A DNA stretch of 64,000 nucleotides from Eledone cirrhosa. Lineage: Eukaryota. Position numbers and translations under genes: made by a program. The stretch's first letter is position 1; every line of letters begins with the position of its first letter. Of the stretch, positions 1 to 14,200 are shown one piece after another. Location of the stretch: positions 28,954,001 to 29,018,000 of the forward strand of contig OZ024748.1 of the NCBI GenBank assembly GCA_964016885.1, written 5' to 3'. The notes beneath the pieces are model-generated. The model did not search any database, was not told the DNA's origin, and saw nothing but the letters and a program-made list of their open reading frames with translations.

Positions 1-40
1 CTAGGGAAGGCTTTTGCGCGTGTAAATATATATATTTGTA

Positions 41-1757
41 CTCTCGTGTCTTGAATAATGCCCATCCCCCCATTTATTTTTCTGATCCCCCACCCCCGCT
101 TATTAAATTTTTCTAATCTGTGTCCGGTGAAATTTTATTTTAAGTGGTGGCATTCCTGCGACAACTAATTTTCTTTATACATTAAACAAGATACATGACG
201 AAAATATTACATTAGTAGAAATCCCATACGCTATAAAATAAATACGATGGGTTGGGGTCTCAATATGTAAACTTCTTCGCCCATCTATTCCTGAGAGGGT
301 TGTGGAGGCAGAGTCCTCAAACACTCTTTCCAGATGGTCCTGTCAGAAGCAACTGATCCAGCTGGATCCCTAAGCAAGACCAACCAAGCTTATAGATGTT
401 ATCTATGCTCTGGGTCTTCTGCAATTTGGCTTTGTCCATAAAATCTGTCCAGTGATTCTTTCCTCAGATATACATGCCCATAGTATAGGAGCTGTGATTT
501 TTCAATTCGGCGAAGTAGCGGCTCTACTTGGAGTGGCCCTTTGATCACCAAGCTATGCACTCTATCAAGTAATGTTACTCTCAAGACCCTTCGGAGGAAC
601 CCCATTTTGGTCACTTGTATTCGCAATCGTATGCTTTCAGTCATTACCCAAGATTCATGACCATAGGTAAGGGTTGGCACAAATACTGAATTGAAGATAG
701 GGAGTTTAGCTTTTACACCTACCTCCCTTCTTCTGATTACCAAATGCTGAAGCTGACGAATTACTGCACCAGCTCCTGCAATTCTTACACTTAATTCAGC
801 CTTCCATCACTCGTGTACATGGCCCCGAGACACTTGAACTTCTCCACCTGCTTCATTGGAACTTCATTCAGATGTAGTGTGCACTGCGCATGCTTCCTTG
901 AGAGGACGAATTTCATTTCGCAGTACTGATTTTCATTTCAGCCATGCAGTATTCAGCATTGAACCTTTCAAGTGCAAGTCTGAGATCATCTGCAAATTCC
1001 AGCTGACTGATTTTACACCCACCAGTCATGATACCACTTCCAACTTGACTGTGCATCTCGATCCTGTTCATGAAGATAATGAACAGGATAGGTGACAGTA
1101 GACACTCTTGATGGAGTCTGACTCCCACATTGAATAGTTTCGATCTTTACCTCTGTTTATCCGAACGCAACTACTTGAGCATTTATTTAGAGACATCAGA
1201 GCAGCAAGAAGCTGACTATCAATCCCTATACTCCTTTCTGCAGAACCTTCCACCACAGGTCCCGAGGAATGCATCATATGCCTTTTCGGGATCTACAAAA
1301 AAAGAATATACCTCCTGACAATACTCCCATGATCTCTCAAAGACCTGCCGCGGTGTGAATATTTGGTTGGCTGTGCTGCATCCGGGGCGAAAATCACACT
1401 GCTCATCAGCTAGCTTGGACTCAACAATCTCCCTGCATCTCTTTGCGAGACACTTAGCATAGACTTTACCGGGGAGGCTTAACAAGGAGATCCCTCTGTA
1501 ATTGGAACAATCTGTTTTGTCTCCCTTTTTGAAAATTGGGATTATTACTCCCGATTGCCATTGTTTAGGTGCCTTTCCAGAGATCCAGGCCACCCAGTAC
1601 ACACAAGTTAGCCAGAGAATACCTTCTCCATTTAGTTTTTGTAAACTAAACGACTAATTCTGGTTCTAAAGACAATTAAAAAAAAATTAGAAAAATTACC
1701 AATTTTCCACCTGCAACCTCACTTATTCCAACCCCCCTATTATTTGGGACCTGAGAG
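41..1757. mobile_element. Non-autonomous TIR element (TA-flanked) interrupted by an RTE LINE fragment
   Basis: Left end ta|ctctcgtgtcttgaataat and right end attatttgggacctgagag|ta are imperfect inverted repeats with TA flanks. Confidence 0.5.
250..1640 (-). mobile_element. Degenerate RTE-clade LINE reverse transcriptase fragment
   Basis: IIPIFKKGDKTDCSNYRGISLLSLPGKVYAKCL, EQCDFRPG, FADDL and LTYGHESW in frameshifted ORFs 1219..1602, 913..1128 and 399..743. Confidence 0.9.
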
Positions 1758-2209
1758 TATGTGTGTGTTCATATTTAATGATTGGATGTGGGGGAGCTAT
1801 TATTAAAAATATTGTATTAGGGAGAGCTTTGATTTGCATATAAAGTAAGCATTACCCACACATATATAATGTGGTGATCATGGTGTCGGGTAGTTAATGT
1901 TTAACTTTTATATTCACATAATTACCTCCTAAAGTATAACAATATCTGTTTCAACACACATTTTTAGATAAGAAATTTTGCAAAAGAAATACAAAAACGA
2001 TTTATTTATTTTTTCTTTTAACTCTCCCACTCTTTGCTTTACTTATATCAATCTCTCTCTCCCTCTCTCTCTCTCTTGTTCTACATTTTCTTCTGTCTCT
2101 AGTTGTTAAATTGATATACTGTCCGTAAAATAATGGTTTATCTACTACATAGTTATGATAATGGGGATTTCACTAACTGTATTGTACTTTTCTTATCTGT
2201 TTATTACAG

Positions 2210-2270
2210 GCTCTGAAAAGTGAAGGTGGAAGTCTAGGAAGTGAAGTCAAATCAGACGCAACTCCATCTC
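2210..2270 (+). CDS. SAFB: SAFB-like exon ([20 protein letters not shown]), probably just after the SAP domain
   Basis: ttacag acceptor and gtaagt donor. ALKSEGG resembles the AIEDEGG segment that follows the SAP domain in SAFB. Phase 0 to 1. Confidence 0.7.
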
Positions 2271-5200
2271 GTAAGTTAATTTTTACTTTTAGACATTTTG
2301 ATTCCTTTATTTTATTTGGTCGTTTTGGTGACACTAAAAAAAGCACCCAGTCCACACTGAAAAGTGGTGGTGTAGGTGTCACAACAAAAAGTACCCAGCC
2401 TACACTGTGAAGTGGTTGTGTTTCTTTTTAGCATAGTTGAAATGACAAGGTCATTTTTATATAATTTACTATATTTTTATTGTGCTGGTGTGACACTAAA
2501 ATATATTTAGTACTCTCTGTAAGGTGGTTGGTGATAAAGAGGTCATCCAGGTGTAGAAGCCATAACTGTAATCTATATTAGCAGGATGTACCCCCGCCCC
2601 CCTGAGCTCAGGGAGGACAGTAAATTCAGTAAAGTACTGACTTCTTGGCCTGTAATGACTCGTGCCAGCTACTTTATTTATCAAATCTAAAATGGTGAGA
2701 GGCAAAATTGACTTTGACAAGATTTGGACTCATAGCTGAGAGAACTGGAACAAGTCTCATAAGCCACTTTATCTAAAGACCTTCCAATCTTCATAGCTGA
2801 GAGAGCTGGGACAAACCTCACAAGCCATTCTATGTGAAGACCTAACAAACCATTTGCTTATGAAGTAAATTACTTAGCTACACAGCCATGCTTGCACATA
2901 TGACCAAATATCCATGATGTTGAAGAAAAGAAGTAAATTCCATTAAATATTGATTGAAACACAAATCTAATTATATTTAATATTTATTTTTCAGAAGATC
3001 TTGCTGCTTTGGTCAAAATTGAGGTGAGTTTCTTTTGTATTCATTAGACTGTGGACATGCTAGTGCACCACCTTGAAGGGATTTTGTTGGTTATATTGAT
3101 CCCAGTACTTATTTGATCAATCTTTAGGTTATGGAGCACACACAGGTATTATAACGTCCATTTACTGTAGATTCACCAAAGTGGGCAATCGATACATAGT
3201 TTCCAGTAGGCATATTGGTGTTGTACTAAGCAGAGTGTAATACTAATAATAAGGAAAGGACGAGGTGTTAGGTCTTCATTACATTTATTGAGGTTTCATG
3301 ATTGATCAGTTCAAGGCTCGATCTATGTCAATCTGGCCCAACTCTGGAATCAAAAGCTCATCAGACTTCTGTTATGGTAATGACAGAACGATTCCCTTAC
3401 AGTTTTGAAAAAGTATATAACAATTTTTATTCATTTATGCTGGTCAGTTTTACTTCATTTTGATTGGTGGTGTTGTGACAAAAAATGATTGGGTATGTGG
3501 AATAGGTGAGGGTAAGAATTATAAGGAAGAGAGGGGTTGAGGGGGATGAAAGAAAGATGACGGGATACATCGCTTAGTAGAGTTGGCAATGGGGTGGTGT
3601 TTTTGCTGGTTCATTAGACACTGCCATTTATATGGCAATGTGAGAGTGTTGGAGTGAGATTCCAGAGATGAGTAGATGCGATAGCGAAACAGAGAGAGGT
3701 GGGGTTGTGGTGGTCTGAGACAGTACAAAGAAAAAAAATTAAAATAAAAAGGAAGTCTAGTGTCCAGGATGTTTGGGGTAGATAGGAAGATGGGATTTAA
3801 AATTTAGGCGAGTAAAAAAAAAATAATAATGTTCTGAAATATTGAAATGTGAGTTGGTAATAGTAACAACAATGGTATTATTATCAGTAATCATCATCAT
3901 CATCATTTTACGTCCGCTTTTTCCTGCTTGTAAGGGTGGAACGGGTCCTATTGAGCACAGCATCTCTCCACTTGTCGCGGTCCTTCAGCATCTCCTCCGT
4001 GAGCTAGCGATAGAACATGGCTTCTCTCACTCACATGCATTCTTAGATATGCACCCAGGTATTATTAAACTGGCAATTCAGTGTACATATAAGTACATAT
4101 GTGCCTGCATCCTAGATCTGTAGACAGGTGCCTGATCTATGTGCATTCCCCATGGATACATGCCCGCACATAGACATCAGTCGGGCAATGCAGCATGCAT
4201 ATAGGTACACACACATCGGTGCATAGGCACGTAATCCCGGTACACACACATTTCCACACATGCAAACATCCATGAGGACTCCCCTTAAGCTCTGATTCAT
4301 ACATACACACACAGGCACATGTAGACACATATATATGCACCTAATCACACACACAACTCGCACATATCTACCCATCACACAACTACACATATATGCACAT
4401 ACATACACGTGTGCACATATACAAATATACATGCATGTATACACATATATCTACATAGGTGCCTACTAAAATACACGCACACCTCAATAAATGTAATTGT
4501 TTCTACTTTAGGCACAAGGCCAGCAATTATTCCAGTGTATTACTGGTACTTTATTTTATCGACCCCATAAGGATTAAAGGCAAAGTTAACCTCGGCGGGA
4601 TTTGAACTCAGACCTCAATGAATGTAATGACGATCTAATACCTCTTCCTTTTCATTATTATTAATACGGGGGATTAGCAGTATCAGTAGAAGGTCGGACG
4701 CCATGCTTTGCATCATAGAGTTTCGCCCCTTTATGGTGTAAGTTCAAATCCCGCCAAGGTTCACTTTGCCTTTCATCCTTACGGGGTCGATAAAATAAAG
4801 TACCAGTAATGTAGTGGGATAATTGCTGGCCTTGTGCCAATAGTAGAAACAATTATATATATATATAATGGAGGCACATGGCTTAGTGGTTAGAGCATTG
4901 GCCTTGCAATCGAAAGGTTGTGAGTTCAATTCTCAGACCGGGTGATGTGTTGTTTCCTTGAGCAAGACACTTTATTTCACATTGCTCCAGTTTACTCAGC
5001 TGTAGAAATAAGATGATAGGGACTGGGGTCCCTATCATTCCATTGCAAAGTGGTCGTGGAAGTGCCATGGCAAAAAAGCACCCAGCCCACACTATAAATG
5101 AGGTTGGTGTTAGGAAGGGCATCCAGCTGTAGAAATCAAGCCAGAATCAGTTCCCGTTCCCACCCTTGCAAGCAGGAAAAAAGCGGACGTAAAATGAAAT

Positions 5201-8200
5201 TAAATGAATGATGAAATGAATTTAATTATGTAATAAACAACACAATATAATCATTCCATTACCCAAGGTTCATCAGATAGAAATCTTACTAAAGATTTCT
5301 ATCTGATGAATGGATTCAGATGTCTCTGTTAGAATCGTCTGACTTTGTGAAACCTTGGGTAATGGAATGATTATATTGTGTTGTTTATTACATAATTAAA
5401 TAGCTCCGTACTATACATAGAGCACTCTTCTTTCATTTACCTTTTTCACTGAAATACTTAACATAATATATACATCATCATTTCATTTTAAGTCCGCTTT
5501 TTCCCTGCTTGCAAGGGTGGGACGGGAACTGATTCTGGCTTGATTTCTACAGCTGGATGCCCTTCCTAACACCAACCTCATTTACAGTGAGTGCTGGGTG
5601 CTTTTTTGCCATAGCACCTCCACGACCACTTTGCAGTGGAATGATATAGACCTCAGTCCTATCATCTCATTTCTACAGCTGAGTAAACTGGAGCAATGTG
5701 AAATAAAGTGTCTTGCTCAAGGAAACAACACATCACCCGATATATATATATATATATACATATATATCAATGACAGGCTGTGTATAAGAGGGATAAACTG
5801 TTGTGTGCGGGAGAGAATACTGCGTTGGTATGGCCATGTGATGTGCATTGAAGATGACTGCTGGGTGAAGTGCCAACAAATCCCGGTGGAAGGAAGGCGC
5901 AGTATAGGAAGGCTACAAAAAACATGGGCAGAGGTGGTGAGAGCAGACCTCAGATTGCTGAAGCTCACAGAGGAGATGATGATTGGAGAGATGCTGTGCT
6001 GAAAAGGACCTGTCCCACCCTTACAAGCAAGGAAAAGTGGATGTAAAATGATGATGATGAAAACATTGGTCAACTTGAAGCTGTGATAAAAGACACTTTC
6101 CCAAGGTCTCATACTGTTAGATTGAAACAATTGTTGTGTCATTTTCATAGACAATTGTGTCAATTTAGATTGATAATTGTATCAATTTAGGTTGATAATT
6201 GTATCAATTTAGATTGATAATTGTGTCAATTTAGATTGATAATTGTGTCAATTTAGGTTGATAATTGTGTCGATTTAGGTTGACAAGTATCAATTTTGGT
6301 AGACAATTCATCATCATCACTATCATCATCATCGTTTAACATCTATCTTCCACGCTAGCCTGGGTTAGATGGGAATTGTCCCACAATTGTTGTGTCAATT
6401 TTGGTACACAGTTGTGTTCATTTTGGTTGATGATTATTATGTTGATCTTGGTTGACAATTAGTGTGTCAATTTTGATTGTCATTTAACAAGCTTTACATA
6501 CAGAATGTTGTATGTATGGAAACTTTTGTGTGGACTTATTTGAAATATTAACATTTTTAGGCACTCTGTGAAGAGAAACTTATGGAGGAAAGTCAACCCA
6601 TGGAAGATGGTCATCGTAAGTATCACAATTATAAGATATAGATTTTCTATGTGTGTAGCTTCCTTTAATTTGTACAACTGACATGTGTGTAACACAGTAT
6701 TATGTCATGTAGTAATGTGTATGTAATTGTATTTTAGACTGTTTAGATATGAATGTTGTTATGTGGTGGTGTGTGAGTAATTGTATTTTTAGGTTTAGAT
6801 GTGTGTAACACAGTGTTATGTAGTGTAATGGTATTTTAAACTGTTTACGAGGGGGCTTCAAAAAGTTTGTGGAAAAAGTACATAGGTAAAAATCATATGC
6901 AAGGATTTTGATCTCAATGCACCTGTATGTTCTTGTCATGACATGTTCTAACATAAACCCTTAGATGCATGTTGCAATGTGGTGGCGTCAGTCAGAAGTC
7001 AGCCCTTGCTTGAGCAACATGGTCTCCATCAAAACATCAAATTCATGGTGTGGAAGAGCAGTCAAATCATTGACACTCTGGAACAAGTTTATGGGGATAT
7101 TGCCCCAAAGATATCAACAACCTACTATAAGTCATTTTAGATGTGGAAAAGATGAGGTTGAAAATGATTTCCAGCTGAAGATTTAGAAAAAGCTGCTTTG
7201 AGGTGGTTTAAATTGCATGACTCAGTTTTACACAGATGAACTTAAAGGATGGAGCATATGTTAAAAAACAAACATAATTTAAACAGTTTTTCCAACAATC
7301 CTTTTTCTGCGAACTTTTTGAAGCACCCTTATAGATGTATGTAACTCAATATTATGTTATATGGTGGTGTATGTCTTGATCTAATGTATTATTTTAATTT
7401 CCAGAAAATGAACTTACTACAGACAACATGGATGAGGTTGGTGAACTTTATCAATATATTTTTATAAATTGATGTTTTCCTCTATAGACACATACAATAG
7501 GTGCAGGCATGGCTGTATGAATAATCCTTTTGATATTAACCCAACTATGACTGGCCCTGGTTCTATGATTCCAACCCAGCTAAGACTGGCTTTGGTTCTA
7601 TGATACCAACCCAACCATGACTGGCTGTGGTTCTATGATACCAACCCAACCATGACTGGCTGTGGTTCTATGATTCCAACCCAACTATGACTGGCTCTAG
7701 TTTTATGATACCAACCCAACCAAGACTGGCTCTGGTTTTATGATACCAACCCAACCATGACTGGCTCTGGTTTTATGATACTAACCCAGATGAGACTGAC
7801 TCTGCTTTTATGATACTAAACCAACCAACTCTGGCTCTGGTTCTACTATACCAACCCAAGCAAGACTGACTCTGGTTCTGTGATTCCAATCCAGCTAAGA
7901 CTGGTTCTGGTTCTGTGGCACAAAACCACCCATTTTAAAGGGTTCCTAATTAGATTAATATCTTCTAACATAATGTTATATAAGAACCATACATTAAGTT
8001 ACTTAGTAAATCCCTCAAAATTCTTCATTAATTAATTGAAATAGAGTTTATTTCATTATAAATGTAGTGACCAAAGGTTTAAGGAATTCACTTTGCAACA
8101 ATGTGGTACCTTAGACAAGTGTCTAATAAGGGGTAACCATGGGTATTATAGTAATACCAGGATGATACAGGAGAAATAACATAAGTCTTGAAGATCAGTG

Positions 8201-11200
8201 GAGTGCTAAAGCTACAGTTAATCCTTTAAACATTATACATTCTGTAGTTTCCGTTACCTGGGTGACTAAATTAGCAGTGGAGGTGGATGTTCCGAAAGTA
8301 TGTTAGAGTGAGAACGGGATGTAGAAAGTTCAGGGAGCTGCTACTGCTGCTAGCCACAAAAATATTTTCCCCTCAAAATGAAGGACATGTTATGATGCGT
8401 ATATTCGAACAGCAATGTTGCATGGCAGTGAGACCTGGGTGCTGTGTGCAGAGGACCTATGAAGACTGGAAAGAAATGAAACTTCCATGTTTCGATGGTT
8501 GTGTAATAATAATATACATGAATGACAAGAGAGAACTGGGTATAATAGAAGTCAGATGCAGTGTGCAGGAGAGGAGAATGCACTGGTATAGACATGTGAT
8601 GTGTATGAAGGATGACAACTGTTTAAAACGGTGCAGGGGGCTCAAGGTTAATGGAAGCTACAATGTAGGAAGACTTGGGATGAGGTGGTAAAAGCTGACC
8701 TCTTGAAGGCAATGACACAGAATCAAGATCTCTAACATTATGAAGCAATACAGAAGACCCGCCTTTACATGTGCACGAGTTGAAGCATACATCTTGTATG
8801 CACTACTTTACCCCTCCCGCTTCCATACACCTCCACGCCCTAACAACACTCTCCCGTCCACGTCCCTCCCTCTCTTGCACCTTCCATGTCCTAATACTTC
8901 ACCCATGCCTGAACATCCAGCCCCCTAACATGCCTCTGGATTTAACCCCCCTTCCCCAGTCCCCTGCTGATACTGTAAAGTAATCGTGATGGCAACATAA
9001 CAAAAAGTCCCCAGCCCACACTGTAAAGTGGTCGTGTAGATGACACAACAAAAAGTGCTCAGCCCAGACTGTAAAATGGTTGTGTAGGTGACATGATAAA
9101 AAGCACCCAGCACACACTGAAAATGTGGTTGGTGTTACGAAGGGCATCCAACTGTCGAAACTATGAGCATGTCATGGTTGTCAGATCTGGCTTCTCTCAC
9201 AACTGGGCAACTCTAACCTATGCTAGCATGGAAAATAAATGTTGATGATGATGATGATGATTCCTCTCTCATTATATTTTGTTTGAATTTTCAGAAAGAA
9301 ACAGAGACATCTGATGTGGCATTGGCTGATGTCTTTCTAAACACCACCAATCCTGATATTACTGACAATCAGATACTTTCAAGTGATACAAAACCATCAG
9401 ATATGTTGGTAAATGACACCCTTGATAAAGTCCAGCTTGTGGAAGAGCTACCTGATACAAAAAAAGAAACTAATACTGTTTTGAAGGTAAATCTACTTTT
9501 GTTTTACATGTTAATACCTTAACCCTTTCATTACCAAATTTTTAATTTTTAAAATCATTTTCAAAACTAGCAGAAAAACCACCCTTCGGGTGGTTTTCTG
9601 CTAGTATGTGTAGTGTGTATATTGATATTATACGCAAGTATATATGCATGTAGATATGATACATCAAATAAAATCGTAATTGACAATATACACAGAAATT
9701 GAACGAAGACTGCATTACACTGTCTTCTGTAATCAATAACGTAATCCATGATACATTAAAAAAAGACAATATTATATATAAACTGCTTTAGGAGAAAATT
9801 AGTGACGGACATATATGAATGTTTATTTAAGCGATCGCTAACCGGAAGTGTTGACATTTGTAAAATTTTAAAGAAGTGAATCTTTAAATAAGCAATAAAA
9901 TATATTTAATCAACAGCTACAAAATTTAGTAGATAAATTATGTAATATTTATTCATTATTTATTCAAAGTAATCCAACTTATTTTACAAACGGGGTAAAA
10001 AGAAATAAAGTGTACGCAGTCCCGCACTCCTTACTTTATTATAGTTTAGATAATGAAGAATTTGGAGATATTTAGTAAGACGACTGACTTTCTTATTATT
10101 AAGCTGGTGTTCAGAACATAACTAAGTTTCTTACATAAAATTATTATGGAATGTTATTAAATAAATACAAACACTTTAAAATAAATTAGTTTGTATTATA
10201 GAAGTAGATACATTTCAACTATGATAAACTGTTAAAATTACTAGCCACAAATTAATAAATTAATCCTTTTGATACCAATCCAAATAATTTATTTCTACTA
10301 TGTCCATGTATTGTATATCATCAGTTGTTGTTGTTATCAGATATCTTCTTCTCTATTTTAGGAAGAAGCTGATGATACATTAAAGGATACCACAGGTAGG
10401 AAATTTCAGATTCAGTAAATTTTTAGAATAATCTGCTTATTGTTGTTATACTTTAGTTGATTTTCTTTCAGTTGTTTCAGCCTCTCTTCTTTCTTCTCCC
10501 ATAAAAAATAATAAAACTGGTCGAAATATAATATTTACACAAACTGTCCTTATGTTATAAGTGAAATTTTATATTAATTTTGTGACTATTTAAGCTAGAT
10601 ACAGACTGTAATTTTATCCGTGATGTGTTGTAAGAAAAACGGTTTATACAAGACTAGGAGGAACTATATTGGTTCAGTGTATGATAATCAACTACTAATC
10701 CAGTTTGTAATGTTATTTAACTCTTAACGTCAAAGAAAATCAATCCTATTTCTTCTGATGTCTGTATTCAGGAATAAATTGATGTACAAATATATAATGT
10801 TAAATAATTGTTTCTACTATTGGCACAAGGCAAGCAATTACCCAGTGCATTACTGGTACTTTATTTTATCGACCCCGTAAGGATGAAAGGCAAAGTCAAC
10901 CTCGGCGGGATTTGAACTCAGATCGTAAAGGGACGTAACTATGCTGGAAAGTATGTCCGACCCTCTACTGATACTGCCAATTCACCGCCCTTATATATAA
11001 TGTAAAATAATATTTAATAATTATATTATTATTAACTCATGACAACAGATCCTCAAATGTTCAGTGGGGAGCAGCAGTTCATTTCTGTTATAATATATGA
11101 TATATATATATATATATATCATCATTCTTTAACGTCCATCTTCCACGCTAGCATGGGTTAGACGGTTTTGTTCCATTTGATGCGGGAATGGTCGGGAGTC

Positions 11201-14200
11201 CATGTCTCGTTCGCATGGAAGCGTCTCTGGCAGGTTTTTTACAGCTGGATACACTTCCTAACACCAACCACATTTACAGTGTGGATTGGGAGCCTTTTCA
11301 CTGTGTCTCCAACATAGCCACATTACAGTATGGACTGTTGTGTCATCGACACAGTAGACGGAATGGGAGAGGGAGGGTGGGGTGTACATTGAGTTAAGAG
11401 GTGCCTACTGACTGTAGGTTTGTATGCAATGGCAGTCGAGTCTTCTGTACAACTGCATGGAGAAGAATAAACCACTATACTTAGCTTTTGTTGACCTAGA
11501 GAAGGCCTTTGATAGGGTACCCTGAATCTGTCATCTGGTGGTCCCTAACGAAACTAGGTGTAGAGGAATGGCTTGTGAGGACAGTGCAAGTTATGTACAG
11601 AGATGCTGTCAGTAAAGTGAGAGTAGGAATGGAGTTTAGTGAGGAATTTCAGATACAAGTAGGAGTACATCAGGGTTCAGTCCTCAGCCCGCTCTTGTTC
11701 ATTATAGTCCTTCAAGCCATAACAGAGAAGTTTAAGACTGGCTGCCCATGGGAACTTCTCTATGCTGATGATCTGGTTCTTATAGCAGAATCAGTAGAGG
11801 AGCTAGAGAATAAATTCTGGCTATGGAAACAGCAGTTGGAATCAAGAGGACTGAGAGTGAACCTAGCTAAGACTAAAGTGTTGATAAGTAGAAAAGAGGA
11901 CAAAACTCTGATTCCATCAGGGAAATGGCTATGGAGAATGAGGCCATGTGTCTGGAAGAACGTGGTCATGGAGATTGTCATGCATCCATGCTTGTGTCAT
12001 TTATGAGAGAGCACAGAGTTTGTTGGAAGACGAACGGTCTTCCGTGGCTTACCCTGTCTATCCAGAGCTTCACAACTGACTCCAACGCCTCTTTATAGAC
12101 AGCAGCATTGACTCTTAAGGCCCTAGAAAAAAATGAGAAGGTATGACATCTCCCTTGACACCCAGAACCATCACAACATCATCATCATCGTCACCGTTTT
12201 ACGTTCATTCTTCCATACTAGCATGGGTTAGACGAGTTGTCCTGTTGTGGGCAATGCCAGGTCAGATGACCATTTCATGCTTGTACAGAACTGATTTTGG
12301 CTTGATTTCTACAGCTGCATGCCCTTCTTAACACCAACCTCATTTACAGTGAGTACAGGGTGCTTTTTATTGTGGTGCCTACACAACCATTTTACAGTGG
12401 GAAGGGAGTGGGGGTATACTGTTTATATACTTCGGCTTGTACCCGTGAGAAGTCGGGTCTTCTGTATTACTGCATAACACCAGAGGTCTCAGTCCTGTGT
12501 CATTGCCTTTGAGAGGTGCACTTGGGCAAGATCAGGTTTTATCACTTCATCCCAGGTCTTCTTGGGTCTCCTCATTCCAAGGCTTCCATTGACTTTTAGC
12601 GCTCTGCATCTTTTTATGCATGTGTCATCCTTCATACGCATCACATGTCTATACCAATGTAATCTCCTTTCCTGCATACATCATTTGATTCCTCGTATTC
12701 TCAATTTGTTTATGCTTGGCCTTTCACATGTATTGCTATTACGTATTCATCAGGGCATGCAAGCTTCAATTCTTTCCAATCTGCACAAGTCTTCTGCACA
12801 CAACACCCAGGTCTCACTACCATTGCTGTTCATATGCATGCATCATACAGTCTGCCTTTCTTTTTGAGGGAAAAGCCTTTTGTAGCTAGCAGTGGTAGTA
12901 GCTCCCTGAACTTCTTCCAACCTGTTCTTACCCTGGCTACTGTACTTTTGGAACACCCACCTCTGCTGCTAATTGGGTCACCTAGGTAGCAGAAGCTGTC
13001 TACTGTTTCTACTGAGCCCTCCCAGAATTTGGTGGTGTTTGTTTCCTGTGATCGTTTGCTCCTTACTGTCCCAGTGCAACTGCTACATGTAAAACTTAGA
13101 TTCTTAACTAAACTTCCTGAGATCCCACTACATCTCTCGTGTACCCATAGTTTGCATTTGGGGCAGAGGATTAATTTCTACCTATACCTTTCCTATATAC
13201 TGAGCAAGGCCATTTCCCCGAGGGGATCAGGGTTCTGTTTTCTCTTCTAATTACTAGGACCTTAGTCTTTGTCAGGTTGACTTTAAGACCATTTCTTTTT
13301 AAGCCCAGCTTCCATGTTTGGAATTTCTTCTCTAGTTCCACCATAGATTCAGCTATGAGTGTGAGATCATCTGCCTACAGGAGTTCCTATGAGCAGCCGG
13401 TCTTAAACTCTGTTATAACCTGTAGTATAATGATAAACAGGAGAGGGCTAAGAACAGAGCCCTGGTGTACACCAACCTGTATGCTAAATTCCTCACTATA
13501 GTCATTGTTAACCCTAATTTTATGAACTGCTCCCCTATACATGACTTATACAGCCTTCACAAGCCACTCATCTACTCCTAGTTTTCTAAGAGCCCACCAG
13601 ATTATAGCATGGGGCACTCTGTCGGAAGCTTTTTCCAGGTCGACAAATGCCAGGTAGAGCAGCTTACTTTTAGCTAGGTACTTTTCCTGTAACTGCCTCA
13701 CAAGGAAGAGAGCATTTTGCCTAGCACAAACCCAAATTGCATCTCATCTAGGTTTATGTGGTCCCTAATCAGCTCTATAGTTTCCTCTATCTCTTACTTT
13801 CTTGACCTGGTCCATCAGCTTTATACCTCTATAGTTTCCTCTATCTAGTGCATCTCCTTTACACAGTCACTGGAAATTTGATGCGCATGACTGTTGGAAC
13901 CTCATTTGGGTCTCTGCATAGCCATCTATCGTTCCTTTGGTTTACCTTTTGGTCCTGATCAAAGTTTTTCTCATCAGCTTCTTGTTCAGTAAGCACTTTG
14001 CACTGACCAAACAATTTTTTTTTTTTTTTTTTCTTACATACATGAACTGACCTCTCCACATCACATACAACATGTATCACATACAACATGTATCTAATGG
14101 TATATCCTGAAAAATTAAGGTTGTTTGTGATGGCTCTGATTGACTTTCCTGGGGTTTTATCAATTAATTTTTGAACTTTTTTTACAAACTTAGGTGTTCT

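Noticed and set aside
3270-3400. Minus-strand CTGATGA…hairpin…GAAA hammerhead candidate
   Set aside because: No stem III with an NUH triplet and no stem I partner after GAAA; at best a broken remnant.
4871-4950. Possible tRNA gene (also 55817-55895 and 50440-50515)
   Set aside because: It has A/B boxes but no proper acceptor stem or terminator and continues into a SINE body.
7536-7915. 35-bp repeats of CRISPR-like length
   Set aside because: Units are directly adjacent with no spacers, and the context is a eukaryotic intron; this is a minisatellite.
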